Assembly (NCBI GenBank): GCA_964460485.1 | Contig: CAYWRY010000001.1 | Location: 21,761 to 85,760 of the forward strand | Origin: an uncultured Spirochaetales bacterium | GTDB lineage: Bacteria; Myxococcota_A; UBA9160; UBA6930 | DNA length: 64,000 nucleotides | Direction: 5' to 3' | Shown here: piece by piece, positions 26,762 through 35,299 of the stretch | How positions within the stretch are numbered: position 1 is the stretch's first letter | Layout: each line of letters opens with the position of its first letter | Translations under genes and position numbers: made by a program | The notes under the pieces: model-generated | Seen by the model: only the letters and a program-made list of their open reading frames with translations | What the model was told of the DNA's origin: nothing | Database searches by the model: none

Positions 26762-29445
26762 GCCGCTGCGCCCGCGCGCCGCGCGCCAAGCGCTCGCAGG
26801 AGCGTGGTCGCTGCCAGCGAGCCGAGGCTCGCGGCGAGCACGAGCAAGAGAGCGCGGGCGGGAAGGGGCGCGAGCGCGAGCACGCCCGCGAACGCGGGCA
26901 GGGTGCCCGCGGCCGCAATCAGGCCCGCGCACAGCGCGACGGCGCCCCACGCCCACGGGTTGCGCGTGACCTCGCTGCGCCACACGCGCGAGCCCGCTCC
27001 GCGCATGTCGAACACGTGCCAGAGCTGTGCGAGCGCGAGGGTGTAGAACGAGACGGTGACGACTTCGGCCTCGCCCAGGCCGAGCCCGCGCGAGGCCAGC
27101 GCCATGGCCGCGAACACGCTCGCGCTGATCGCGAGGCTCCCCCGCAGCGCCGCGCGCCAGTGCGCGGCCGCGAGCAGCGCTTCGCGCGGGTCGCGGGGCG
27201 GGCGATGCATCACGCCCTCCGGGCCCTCGGAAGCGCCGAGCGCGAGCGCCGGGAAGACGTCCGTCACGAAGTTTAGGAAGAGGATCTGGAGCGGCAGCAG
27301 CGGCAGCGGGGCGCGCAGCGCGGCGGCGAGGCCGACCACGAGGATCTCGCTGAGGTTGCACGCCACCAGGTAGATCACGAACGCGCGGATGTTCCCGAAA
27401 ATCACCCGGCCCTGGTGGACGGCGGCGACGATCGTCGCGAAGGCGTCGTCGCGCAGGACGAGGTCCGCCGCCTCGCGCGCGACCGCCGTGCCGCGCTCGC
27501 CCATCGCGATGCCGATGTCCGCCTTGCGCAGGGCCGGCGCGTCGTTCACGCCGTCGCCCGTCATCGCTACCACCGCGCCGTGCGCCTGGTGCAGGGCGAT
27601 CAACGCGAGCTTCTGCTCCGGGCTCGCGCGCGCCACGATCGGCGCCGCGAGCGCCGCCTCGCCGCTCGCGGCGAGCGCGTCCCCCCGCAGCACGGGCGCG
27701 TTCGCGTCGTGCACGAGCCCCACGGCGAGCGCGACGGTGCGCGCGGTCGCGGGCTGGTCGCCGGTCGCCATCACCACGCGGATGCCGGCGCCGCGGCAGG
27801 CCGCGAGCGCGCCTCGCACGTTCGGGCGCGGAGGGTCGAGCAGACCGACGAGGCCGAGCAGCGTCAGCCCCGCGTAGGGATCCTCGTCGGCGCGTGCCGC
27901 GCGACGCTCCGCGACTGCGAGCACGCGCAGCCCGCGGAGCGCCATCTCCTCGTTTCGCGCCAGCCAGCGAGCGCGCACCTCGCTGTCGAGGGCGCGCGCG
28001 GCCGCGCCGTCGGCGACGGCGCTGCACGCGGCGAGCACGGGCTCGGGCGCTCCCTTCACGGCGACGCGGAACGCCTCGGCTTCGCGGTGGACGGACGCCA
28101 TCATCTTCTGCGCCGGGTCGAAGGCGACGCTGCGCACCTCCGGCAGGCGCGCCACGAGCGCTTCGCGCTCGATGCCCGCCTCGCGCGCGGCGGCCAGGAG
28201 CGCGAGCTCGAGCGGATCTCCGACCGCCTCTGCGCCGTCGGCGAGCGCGGCGTCGTTGCACAGCGCGCCCGCTTCGAGCGCGCGCCTCAGCTCGAGCTCG
28301 GCGCCGGCGTCCAGCGGGCTGCCGTCGCGCGAGAAGGCGCGCGCGCCGGTGGCGACGCGCATTGCGCCGCCCGGCAGCGCGAGCTCGACCACCGTCAGGC
28401 GGTTCTCGGTGAGCGTGCCCGTCTTGTCGACGATCACGACGCCCGTGGCGCCGAGCGTCTCCACCGCCGCGAGCCGATTCACGAGGGCGTTGCGCTTTGC
28501 CATGCGGCGCACGCCGCGCGCGAGGGCGAGCGTCGCGATCACCGGAAGTCCCTCGGGCACGGCGGCGACGGCGAGCGCGAGGGCGGTCTCCACCATCACC
28601 GCCGGGTCGCGCTGCGCGGCGACGCCCGCGCCGATCACGAGCGCGGCGACGGCCACCGCGAGGACGAGCAGGCGGCGGCCCAGCCGGTCGAGGCGCCGCT
28701 CGAGCGGCGTCGGCGCGTCGGGCACTGCCTCGACGAGCCGGGCGATGCGTCCTAGCTCGGTGCTCGCGCCGGTGGCCACCACCACCGCTTCGCCCGAGCC
28801 GCGCGTCAGGGCCGAACCCTTGAAGAGCATGCCCGGCCGCTCGGCGAGCGGCGCAGCGGCGTCGACCGGCTCCGCGCGCTTGGCGACCGGCAGCGATTCG
28901 CCGGTGAGCAGCGACTCGTCCGCCTGGAGCTTCGAGCCCGACAGGATGCGCAGGTCCGCCGCGATCAAGTCGCCGGCTTCCAGCAGCACGATGTCTCCGG
29001 GCACGATGCGGTCCGCGTCGACGCGCTGGCTCCGGCCGTCGCGGCGCACGCTCGCCCGCTCGACGCCGAGCCTGCGCAGCGCCTCCACGGCGCGCACCGA
29101 CCGCAGCTCCGTCGCGAAGCCGATCGCGGCGTTGATCGCCAGCACGACGCCGATCGCCGCCGCCTCGAGGCGGTGCCCGGACGCGAGCGAGAGCCCGACG
29201 CCCACCGCGAGCATCGCCACCACGACGCTCTCGAACTGCGCAGCGAGCACGGCGAGCGCGCTGCGCGTGCGCGCCCGGCGCAGCTGATTCGGCCCGAAGC
29301 GCGAAAGGCGCGCCTGCGCTTCGGCGCTCGACAGGCCGCTGCGCGCGTCGACGGCCAAGGCCGCGAGCAGGGCGTGCGGTTCCGCCGCATGGGGAGCAGC
29401 GGGCGGAGCTTGCGGTGCCGCTGCGGGCGTCGGCGCGCGCTGCAT
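26758..29445 (-). CDS. cation-transporting P-type ATPase (P2-like)
   Basis: Full ORF, 895 aa. Contains LTGESLPV, DKTGTLT, MTGDGVNDAPAL and multiple TM segments. Its stop overlaps the convergent malic enzyme stop. Confidence 0.9.
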   Translation of the reverse strand: MQRAPTPAAAPQAPPAAPHAAEPHALLAALAVDARSGLSSAEAQARLSRFGPNQLRRARTRSALAVLAAQFESVVVAMLAVGVGLSLASGHRLEAAAIGVVLAINAAIGFATELRSVRAVEALRRLGVERASVRRDGRSQRVDADRIVPGDIVLLEAGDLIAADLRILSGSKLQADESLLTGESLPVAKRAEPVDAAAPLAERPGMLFKGSALTRGSGEAVVVATGASTELGRIARLVEAVPDAPTPLERRLDRLGRRLLVLAVAVAALVIGAGVAAQRDPAVMVETALALAVAAVPEGLPVIATLALARGVRRMAKRNALVNRLAAVETLGATGVVIVDKTGTLTENRLTVVELALPGGAMRVATGARAFSRDGSPLDAGAELELRRALEAGALCNDAALADGAEAVGDPLELALLAAAREAGIEREALVARLPEVRSVAFDPAQKMMASVHREAEAFRVAVKGAPEPVLAACSAVADGAAARALDSEVRARWLARNEEMALRGLRVLAVAERRAARADEDPYAGLTLLGLVGLLDPPRPNVRGALAACRGAGIRVVMATGDQPATARTVALAVGLVHDANAPVLRGDALAASGEAALAAPIVARASPEQKLALIALHQAHGAVVAMTGDGVNDAPALRKADIGIAMGERGTAVAREAADLVLRDDAFATIVAAVHQGRVIFGNIRAFVIYLVACNLSEILVVGLAAALRAPLPLLPLQILFLNFVTDVFPALALGASEGPEGVMHRPPRDPREALLAAAHWRAALRGSLAISASVFAAMALASRGLGLGEAEVVTVSFYTLALAQLWHVFDMRGAGSRVWRSEVTRNPWAWGAVALCAGLIAAAGTLPAFAGVLALAPLPARALLLVLAASLGSLAATTLLRALGARRAGAAA

Positions 29446-29495
29446 GCGGCGAGATTCGCGCGGCGCGTCCCCGGAGACGCCGCGCGCCGAGTCGC

Positions 29496-29975
29496 TCAGA
29501 GCGCGGCTTTCGCGAGCAGCGGCAGCAAGTCGAAGGTCGAGATCACGCCCACCAGCGCGCCGTGGTCAGTCACCCAGATGCGATGGATGCGGTCGCGATG
29601 CATGCGCGCCGCCACCTCGCCGATCGGCATGCTTGCGCTGACAGTCGCCGCGCCGGGCGTCATCACCTCCTCGGCGGTCACCTGGCGCAGCCGATCCTGG
29701 AAGTCCGCCGGCGCGCCGCGGCTCCAGTCCGGGCCGGAGAACTCCACCAGCTCGCGCAGGTACTCGCTGCCGAAGGCTCCCGACTCGGCCTGCTCGATCG
29801 CCGCGTTCACCAGGTCGGTCGAGGTGATCACACCGAGCACGCGGCCTTGGTCGTCGATCACCGGCGCGCCGTGGATCTCCTCGTCGCCGAACAGCCGGTG
29901 CACCTCGGCGAGCGGCGTCTCGGGCGACACCGAGATCACGGGGCTCTGCATTACGTCGCGCGCGCACACCGCCAT
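29496..29975 (-). CDS. stand-alone CBS-pair protein
   Basis: C-terminal 159 aa of ORF 29496..30461. MAVCARDVMQSPVISV...HGAPVIDDQGRVLGVITSTDL...HRIWVTDHGALVGVISTFDL, with GGGAGG upstream. Confidence 0.8.
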   Translation of the reverse strand: MAVCARDVMQSPVISVSPETPLAEVHRLFGDEEIHGAPVIDDQGRVLGVITSTDLVNAAIEQAESGAFGSEYLRELVEFSGPDWSRGAPADFQDRLRQVTAEEVMTPGAATVSASMPIGEVAARMHRDRIHRIWVTDHGALVGVISTFDLLPLLAKAAL

Positions 29976-29995
29976 CGCTCCCCTCCCGGCCGGGC

Positions 29996-30421
29996 TCAGC
30001 CGGCCTCCTTCGCCATCAGGGCTTCCTCGCGTCGCTCGTGCAGCACGAGGCGCGGCAGCCAGGCTCCGAGCAGGGTATCGCCGGCCGCGAGGTCGCGTGC
30101 GCGCAGGGCGGCGGCGACTTCGACCACCGCCCCGCGCAGAGCCTCGTGGTCGCGCACGAACTCCGCCAGCTCGTCGGCGGTCGCGGCGTCGCGACCGTGG
30201 AGCGCCGGGAAGTAGACCTGCTCCTCGAGCGTGAAGTGCGCCTCGAGCGCATCGGCGAAGCGCGCGAAGGATTGCTCCGCGCCCGCGGCGTCGCCCCGCG
30301 CCAGCGCGTTCTCGAAGACCTCGTGGAACTCGTCGAGCTGGTGGTGCTGCGAGGCGATGCGAAGCGCCTCGCGGCGCAGCCGGAGCCCGAGGCCGGAGTC
30401 GTTCGAGGTCGGGTCCGTCAC
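29996..30421 (-). CDS. hemerythrin-like (HHE cation-binding) domain protein
   Basis: Full ORF, 141 aa, GTG start. His/Glu-rich four-helix pattern: QHHQLDEFHEVFE...LEAHFTLEEQVYFPAL...FVRDHEAL...HERREE. Confidence 0.7.
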   Translation of the reverse strand: MTDPTSNDSGLGLRLRREALRIASQHHQLDEFHEVFENALARGDAAGAEQSFARFADALEAHFTLEEQVYFPALHGRDAATADELAEFVRDHEALRGAVVEVAAALRARDLAAGDTLLGAWLPRLVLHERREEALMAKEAG

Positions 30422-30456
30422 TGCCAGTCCGCCTGGGCGTTCGAGAATGAGTTCGA

Positions 30457-30472
30457 GGCAATCGTCGTGCCG
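30457..30472 (-). promoter_or_regulatory. sigma-54 promoter candidate for the hemerythrin-CBS-ATPase operon
   Basis: Minus strand reads CGGCACGACGATTGCC (GGCACG-N4-TTGC, near consensus). There are 36 nt to the GTG at 30421. Confidence 0.7.
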
Positions 30473-30587
30473 CGTGCGGCGCCGCGGGCTGACCGCGCGG
30501 GCGTGGCGTGCGGGACGGTTCGCCCGCTCGTCGGGGCGCGCCGCATCAGGCCGGGCGCTCCCACCGGGCGACGATCCCCGCCCGCGG

Positions 30588-30603
30588 CGGCACGAACGCT
30601 GCT
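30588..30603 (+). promoter_or_regulatory. sigma-54 promoter candidate for the DUF4404 gene
   Basis: CGGCACGAACGCTGCT. Only 13 nt lie between the GC and the ATG at 30616, so the transcript is predicted leaderless. Divergent from 30457..30472. Confidence 0.6.
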
Positions 30604-30615
30604 ATCTCGACCCGC

Positions 30616-30867
30616 ATGCCCACCCGCGACGTTCACGACGCCGTCGAGAAGCTTCACACCGCGCTCGCGGACGCCCCGACGCTCACGCCCGAGCTGCGTA
30701 GCGAGCTCGAGAGCGTGCTGCGCGACGTCGAGCGCGCGCTCGGAGGGCGCGAGCGGCCGCTGGCAACGCGCGCGACCGAGCTGACCGCGCGCTTCGAGGC
30801 GAGCCATCCCCGCCTGGCCGAATCCCTCGCCGCGCTCGCCCGTGCGCTCGCCGGCGTGGGGATCTGA
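30616..30867 (+). CDS. DUF4404-like small protein
   Basis: C-terminal 83 aa of ORF 30508..30867. MPTRDVHDAVEKLHTALADAPTLTPELRSELESVLRDVERAL...SHPRLAESLAALARALAGVGI fits the DUF4404 pattern from memory. Confidence 0.65.
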   Translation: MPTRDVHDAVEKLHTALADAPTLTPELRSELESVLRDVERALGGRERPLATRATELTARFEASHPRLAESLAALARALAGVGI

Positions 30868-30881
30868 CGCGCCACCACGCT

Positions 30882-32117
30882 TCACGGCTGCGCCTGGCGC
30901 AGCCCGGCGAGCGCGCGCAGCTCGGCGAGCCAATCGGTCACGTCGCGCGGGACGTCGAGCCCGGCCGAGCCCATCCAGCCGAGCACCGTCTGCTCCTCGA
31001 GCACGCCGTAGGCGTCGCGCGCGATGTCGCTGTTCGGCGCCGCGCGGATCGCGCTCTCGAGATAGGCCTCCGCCTGCGGCAGACCGCGGGACGGGTCGTT
31101 GCGGAGCTCGGCGAGGCCGAGCAGGTAGCTCGCCTCCGCGCGCTCGTCGGGGTTCGCGAGGCCGCGCGCGAGCGCGCGGTGCAAGAGCGCCGAGGCGACC
31201 AGGTCGTGCACGAGCGCGCTCCGATCCGCGGGAAAGCGCCGGCGCGCCTCCGCCTTGGCCAGCACCTCGCGCGCCTCGACCAGCGTCGAGGCCTGCTCGT
31301 AGGGAGCGAGTTGAGCCAGCGCCTCGCGCCAGCTCGCGAAGAGCTGGCCGAGATAGGGCGGGGCGTCGCCGCGCGCGGCGAGCGCCGCCAGCATGCGTCC
31401 TGCGCGCGCATAGTCGCTGCGCACGCGCAGGGCGACCACCAGGTAGTCCTCGAGCGCGCCCTCGAAGTCGAGCGCCGAGAGCGAGGTCGAGCGCGCGGCG
31501 AAAAGCTTCTCGTAGGTTTCGAGCGCTGCGTCGAACTGGCGCGTTGCGATCAGCAGCCGCGCGCGCGCGGTGGGCGGCGCGCTCTGCATGCGCGCGGTGA
31601 GCGGGACGCCCACCGCGTGCTCGCGGGGATCGGGCAGGCGCACGTGACAGCCGGCGCAGTCGTCCACCACCTGGTTCAGCAGGAAACGCGCCTCGTCGGA
31701 GCTGCCCGCCTGAAAGCGCTTCGCGATCTCGGTCGCGTCCTCGGAGAGCCGGCGGGCGAAGAATCGGAAGCCGGGCGTGTCGTCGCCCCCGTGGAGCTCG
31801 AGCGCCGAGGCGTTGCGGGAGAGCTCGCGCAGCGCGCCGCGCAGCTCCTCGCGCGCGGCGGGCGAGGCGAACGTCTCCTGATCCTGTGCGTACGGCAGTG
31901 CGATCTCGAGCGCCGAGACGATGCCCACCATGCGCGCGGGGGTGTTCGGCAGCTCCTCGGCCGCCGGCTGCTGAGGCGCACAAGCGGTCGAGGTGGCGAA
32001 CAGGACGACGAAAGAGAATGGGACGAAACGCCCCGCTCCGCGTCCGATCGCCTCGATGCGCGCCCCGCCATCGCAGCTCGCCACGTGCGCCGCCCCCGCC
32101 GTTTCCGAGTCCTTCAC
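30882..32117 (-). CDS. secreted/lipoprotein-like helical protein with a single CxxCH motif (paralog of 7073..8266)
   Basis: C-terminal ~411 aa of the 1448-aa track ORF 30882..35228. GTG at 32117 sits 9 nt after GGAGG; an alternative GTG lies at 32084. Hydrophobic FVPFSFVVLFATSTAC, then DDCAGCHVRLP. Collinear similarity to 7073..8266 runs to the C-terminus (...LAELRALAG vs ...[10 protein letters not shown]). Confidence 0.7.
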   Translation of the reverse strand: MKDSETAGAAHVASCDGGARIEAIGRGAGRFVPFSFVVLFATSTACAPQQPAAEELPNTPARMVGIVSALEIALPYAQDQETFASPAAREELRGALRELSRNASALELHGGDDTPGFRFFARRLSEDATEIAKRFQAGSSDEARFLLNQVVDDCAGCHVRLPDPREHAVGVPLTARMQSAPPTARARLLIATRQFDAALETYEKLFAARSTSLSALDFEGALEDYLVVALRVRSDYARAGRMLAALAARGDAPPYLGQLFASWREALAQLAPYEQASTLVEAREVLAKAEARRRFPADRSALVHDLVASALLHRALARGLANPDERAEASYLLGLAELRNDPSRGLPQAEAYLESAIRAAPNSDIARDAYGVLEEQTVLGWMGSAGLDVPRDVTDWLAELRALAGLRQAQP

Positions 32118-32148
32118 GTGCTTCCACCTCCGGTGTCGTTCGCAGGAC

Positions 32149-32164
32149 TGCAGGCAACATGCCG
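32149..32164 (-). promoter_or_regulatory. sigma-54 promoter candidate for the CxxCH paralog 2 gene
   Basis: Minus strand reads CGGCATGTTGCCTGCA with exact spacing. There are 32 nt to the GTG at 32117, containing GGAGG. Confidence 0.55.
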
Positions 32165-32173
32165 CTCCTCGCT

Positions 32174-32189
32174 TGGCATCGCCCCTGCA
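32174..32189 (+). promoter_or_regulatory. sigma-54 promoter candidate for the small membrane protein gene
   Basis: TGGCATCGCCCCTGCA. There are 15 nt to the ATG at 32204. It is back-to-back with 32149..32164, only 9 bp apart. Confidence 0.6.
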
Positions 32190-32203
32190 GAACGCATGGC
32201 GGC

Positions 32204-32494
32204 ATGAGTCCACGCGCTCGTCACGCCGCCATCGCCTGCGCGCTCGGGGCCGCGTTGGCGCTCGCCGGGGCCTTCGCGCTCGTCGGCCTTCGCCTGTACG
32301 CCATGTTCGAGCGCACGCTTCGGATCTTTGCAGGCGACGCGGGCACGCGGCCGCCGACCGGCCCTGACCTCGCGGCGGTGATGCTCGCCGTCGTGGCCGC
32401 GCTGCTCGCGTTCGGCGCGATCGCGCTCGCCGTCGCGGGGCGCCGCGCGGCGTTGGCCGTCGAGCGCGCGTCGCTGATCGAGCTCGGCGCCTGA
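32204..32494 (+). CDS. small two-TM membrane protein (hypothetical)
   Basis: C-terminal 96 aa of ORF 31886..32494. MSPRARHAAIACALGAALALAGAFALVGL...LAAVMLAVVAALLAFGAIALAV. GC3-rich codons and a dedicated promoter match support it. No family recognised. Confidence 0.45.
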   Translation: MSPRARHAAIACALGAALALAGAFALVGLRLYAMFERTLRIFAGDAGTRPPTGPDLAAVMLAVVAALLAFGAIALAVAGRRAALAVERASLIELGA

Positions 32495-32517
32495 GCGCGG
32501 CCTCGAGGGCGGATCGG

Positions 32518-32533
32518 CGGCACGCTTCCTGCT
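32518..32533 (+). promoter_or_regulatory. sigma-54 promoter candidate for the coiled-coil/prs-like/AMP-phosphorylase-like/beta-CASP operon
   Basis: CGGCACGCTTCCTGCT (GGCACG-N4-CTGCT). There are 42 nt to the ATG at 32575, with GAGGAGGA in between. Confidence 0.7.
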
Positions 32534-32574
32534 CCGGTTTGGGCGGTCGAGGCCCCGAGGCCGAGGAGGATCCG

Positions 32575-32838
32575 ATGACGCTTCGCGACGTGCTGAAAGA
32601 GGAGCTCGATGCGTTCCGCGAGCTGCGGGACGAGCTCCGCGTGCAGTCCCAGCTCGGCAAGGCGGAGGCCCGCGATCGCCTGCGCGAGCTCGAGCAGCGC
32701 TGGCACAAGCTCGAAGGGCGGCTCGACGGCGTCCGCAAGGATGCAAAGGGCGACGCCGAAGACGTCCGCGAAGCCCTGCGGCTGCTCGCGCGCGAGCTGA
32801 AGGAAGGCTTCGAGCACGTGCGGTCGCGGCTGTCGTAG
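32575..32838 (+). CDS. small coiled-coil protein (hypothetical)
   Basis: ORF 32539..32838. The ATG at 32575 sits 4 nt after GAGGAGGA. MTLRDVLKEELDAFRELRDELRVQSQLGKAEARDRLRELEQRWHKLEGRL... is highly charged and helical. Confidence 0.6.
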   Translation: MTLRDVLKEELDAFRELRDELRVQSQLGKAEARDRLRELEQRWHKLEGRLDGVRKDAKGDAEDVREALRLLARELKEGFEHVRSRLS

Positions 32839-32864
32839 CTCGCTCGGCCCGAGGCGCAGAAGTC

Positions 32865-33776
32865 ATGCTGATGCGAACGACGCGCCTGGCAGTGCACTGC
32901 TTTCCGGATTCGCTCGTGTTCGCTCGCAAGCTCGCGAGCGCGCTCGGGGCCACCCTCTCGCGCGTCGCGCTGCATTACTTCCCCGACGGCGAGACGCGCG
33001 TGCGAATCGAGCCCGGCAGCGGGGACGCGCTGCTCGTTCGCTCGCTGCACGATCCCAACGCGAAGCTGTTCGAGCTGCTGCTCGCGGCGTCGGCGCTGCG
33101 CGAGGGCGGCGCGCCCAGCGTCACGCTGGTCGCCCCCTACCTGCCGTACATGCGGCAGGACCGCGCCTTCGCGCCCGGAGAGGCCGTGTCCCAGCGCGTG
33201 CTGGGTCGACTGCTCGGCAGCAACTTCGAGCGCGTGATCTCCGTCGAGCCGCACCTGCACCGCATTGGCTCGCTCGCCGAGGTGTTCCCCTGCGAGACGC
33301 TCGCGCTCTCGGCGGCGCCGGCGATCGCGCGCTGGCTCGCCGCACAGCGCGAGCCCTGCTGGGTGGTGGGCCCCGACGAGGAATCGGAGCGCTGGGTGCG
33401 CGCGATCGGCGAGGCGGCGAAGCTGCCGCACGCGGTCGCGAGGAAGCAGCGCGCAGGCGACGACGCGGTGCTCGTCAGCTTGCCGCGCGGAGTGCGCGCT
33501 CCCTGTGCGCGCGCGGTGATCGTGGACGACATCGCCAGCTCCGGCGCCACCCTCGCAGCCGCTGCGCGCGCCCTCTACGAGGCCGGCGCAGAGTCCGTCG
33601 ACGCGGTCGTCGCCCACGCGATCTTCGCGCCGGGCGCGGAGGCGCGGCTGCGCGAGGCGCGCATCGGGCGCTTCGTCTCCTGCGACACGCTTCCGCATCC
33701 GACCAATGCAATCGAGGTGGCGGGCATCATCGCCGACGCCCTGCTCGCGGGCTCGGTCGCCCACGCGACCGTCTGA
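32865..33776 (+). CDS. ribose-phosphate pyrophosphokinase (PRPP synthetase) family protein
   Basis: Full ORF, 303 aa. Contains YFPDGETRVRI, LVAPYLPYMRQDR and the PRPP loop VIVDDIASSGATL. Confidence 0.8.
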   Translation: MLMRTTRLAVHCFPDSLVFARKLASALGATLSRVALHYFPDGETRVRIEPGSGDALLVRSLHDPNAKLFELLLAASALREGGAPSVTLVAPYLPYMRQDRAFAPGEAVSQRVLGRLLGSNFERVISVEPHLHRIGSLAEVFPCETLALSAAPAIARWLAAQREPCWVVGPDEESERWVRAIGEAAKLPHAVARKQRAGDDAVLVSLPRGVRAPCARAVIVDDIASSGATLAAAARALYEAGAESVDAVVAHAIFAPGAEARLREARIGRFVSCDTLPHPTNAIEVAGIIADALLAGSVAHATV

Positions 33777-35267
33777 ATGTTCCGCCTGAAGCGCATGTGC
33801 ATCGACACGCTCTCGGAGCACGTCGTGTTCATCCACGAGAGCGCCGTCGCGGAGGGCCGCCTCGGCTTCCAGCCCCTCGACCGCGTGCGCCTCCTCGACG
33901 GCAACGGCCGCGAGCTGACGGGTGTCCTCAACTTCTGTCGAGACGCGCTGTTGGCGCGCGACGAGATCGGGCTCTCCGACGTCGCCTTCCGCGACTTCGG
34001 GCTTCCGGAAGGGGCGCGCGTGCGCGCGACCCAGGCACCCGCACCCGACAGCGTCGAGCACGTGCGGCACAAGCTGCGCGGCGGCCGCCTCGCGCGCGCG
34101 GACTTCGACGCCGTGCTGCGCGACGTGTGCGCTCGCCGCTACTCGAAGCCCGAGCTCTCGATGTTCGTGCTCGCCTGCTCGCTGCGGCAGCTCGACCGGG
34201 CCGAGCTGGTGGCGTTCACCGAGGCGATGGTCGCCTGCGGCTCGCGGCTGGCCTGGGACGCCGAGGTCGTCGTCGACAAGCATTCGATCGGCGGCGTGCC
34301 GGGGAATCGCACCACCATGGTCGTGGTGCCGATCGTGACGTCGCTGGGCCTCACCATGCCGAAGACGTCGTCTCGCGCGATCACGAGCCCGAGCGGAACC
34401 GCGGACACGATGGCGACGCTTGCGGAGGTCGCGCTCTCGCCGGAGACCATTCGCCGCGTTGTGGAGCAGACCGGCGGCTGCATCGCCTGGGGCGGCGCCC
34501 TCGACCTGGCGCCGGCGGACGACGTGCTGATCACCGTCGAGCGCCCGATGGGCATCGACACCGAGGCGCAGATGATCGCGTCGATCCTCTCGAAGAAGAA
34601 GACGGCGGGCGCGACCCACGCGCTGATCGACGTGCCCGTGGGACCGAGCGCGAAGGTGCGCAGCCACCGCGCCGGAGAGGAGTTGGCCGAGCTGTTCCGC
34701 CACGTGGGCGAAGCCGTCGGGCTCACGCTCGACGTCGTGCTGACGGAGGCGCACGGGCCGATCGGCTGCGGCGTCGGGCCGCGCCTCGAAGCGCTCGACG
34801 TGCTCGCGGTGCTGGAGCGCAAGCCCGACGCGCCGCGCGACCTGCGCGAGAAGAGCCTGTTCCTCGCGGCGCGGCTGCTCGAGCGCGCGGGCGCCGTGCC
34901 CGACGCGGGTGGCTACCGCGCGGCGCAGGAGGCGCTCGACTCGGGCGCCGCCCTCGAGCGCTTCTCGGCGATTCGCGCGCTCCAGGGAGCGCGCGACCTC
35001 CCGCCGCCCGCGCCCTTCACGGCCGTCGTGCCCGCGCCCAGCGACGGCCGCGTCCGCGCGCTGGATTGCCTGCGCATCGCGCGCATCGCGAGGCTCGCCG
35101 GCGCGCCGGCGAATCCCGCGGCGGGGCTGCGTGTGCTCTGCCGCGTGGGCGACGTGGTCGCGCGCGGCGAGCCGCTGCTCGAGGTCCACGCGCTGAGCGA
35201 GGCGCAGCTCGGCTTCGCGGTGGCGCACGCCGAGCAGGCGCCCGACCTCGTCGAGATCGGGTTCTGA
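33777..35267 (+). CDS. thymidine phosphorylase family protein of the AMP-phosphorylase-like type (long N-terminal domain)
   Basis: Full ORF, 496 aa. The ATG immediately follows the upstream stop. The N-terminal ~90 aa are collinear with the archaeal AMP phosphorylase N-domain as I recall it. Core motifs: DKHSIGGVPGNRTT, SSRAITSPSGTADT and SKKKTAGA. Confidence 0.8.
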   Translation: MFRLKRMCIDTLSEHVVFIHESAVAEGRLGFQPLDRVRLLDGNGRELTGVLNFCRDALLARDEIGLSDVAFRDFGLPEGARVRATQAPAPDSVEHVRHKLRGGRLARADFDAVLRDVCARRYSKPELSMFVLACSLRQLDRAELVAFTEAMVACGSRLAWDAEVVVDKHSIGGVPGNRTTMVVVPIVTSLGLTMPKTSSRAITSPSGTADTMATLAEVALSPETIRRVVEQTGGCIAWGGALDLAPADDVLITVERPMGIDTEAQMIASILSKKKTAGATHALIDVPVGPSAKVRSHRAGEELAELFRHVGEAVGLTLDVVLTEAHGPIGCGVGPRLEALDVLAVLERKPDAPRDLREKSLFLAARLLERAGAVPDAGGYRAAQEALDSGAALERFSAIRALQGARDLPPPAPFTAVVPAPSDGRVRALDCLRIARIARLAGAPANPAAGLRVLCRVGDVVARGEPLLEVHALSEAQLGFAVAHAEQAPDLVEIGF

Positions 35268-35299
35268 GCGCGACGCCGGCGGGTGCAGCGGGAGGTCGC

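Noticed and set aside
30882-35228. A 1448-aa minus-strand ORF, the longest in the track.
   Set aside because: Only the C-terminal ~411 aa (30882..32117) look like protein and have a paralog. The upstream ~1000 aa are Arg/Ala/Asp-rich, lie antisense to three well-supported plus-strand genes (prs-like, phosphorylase-like and others), and cross two promoter regions.
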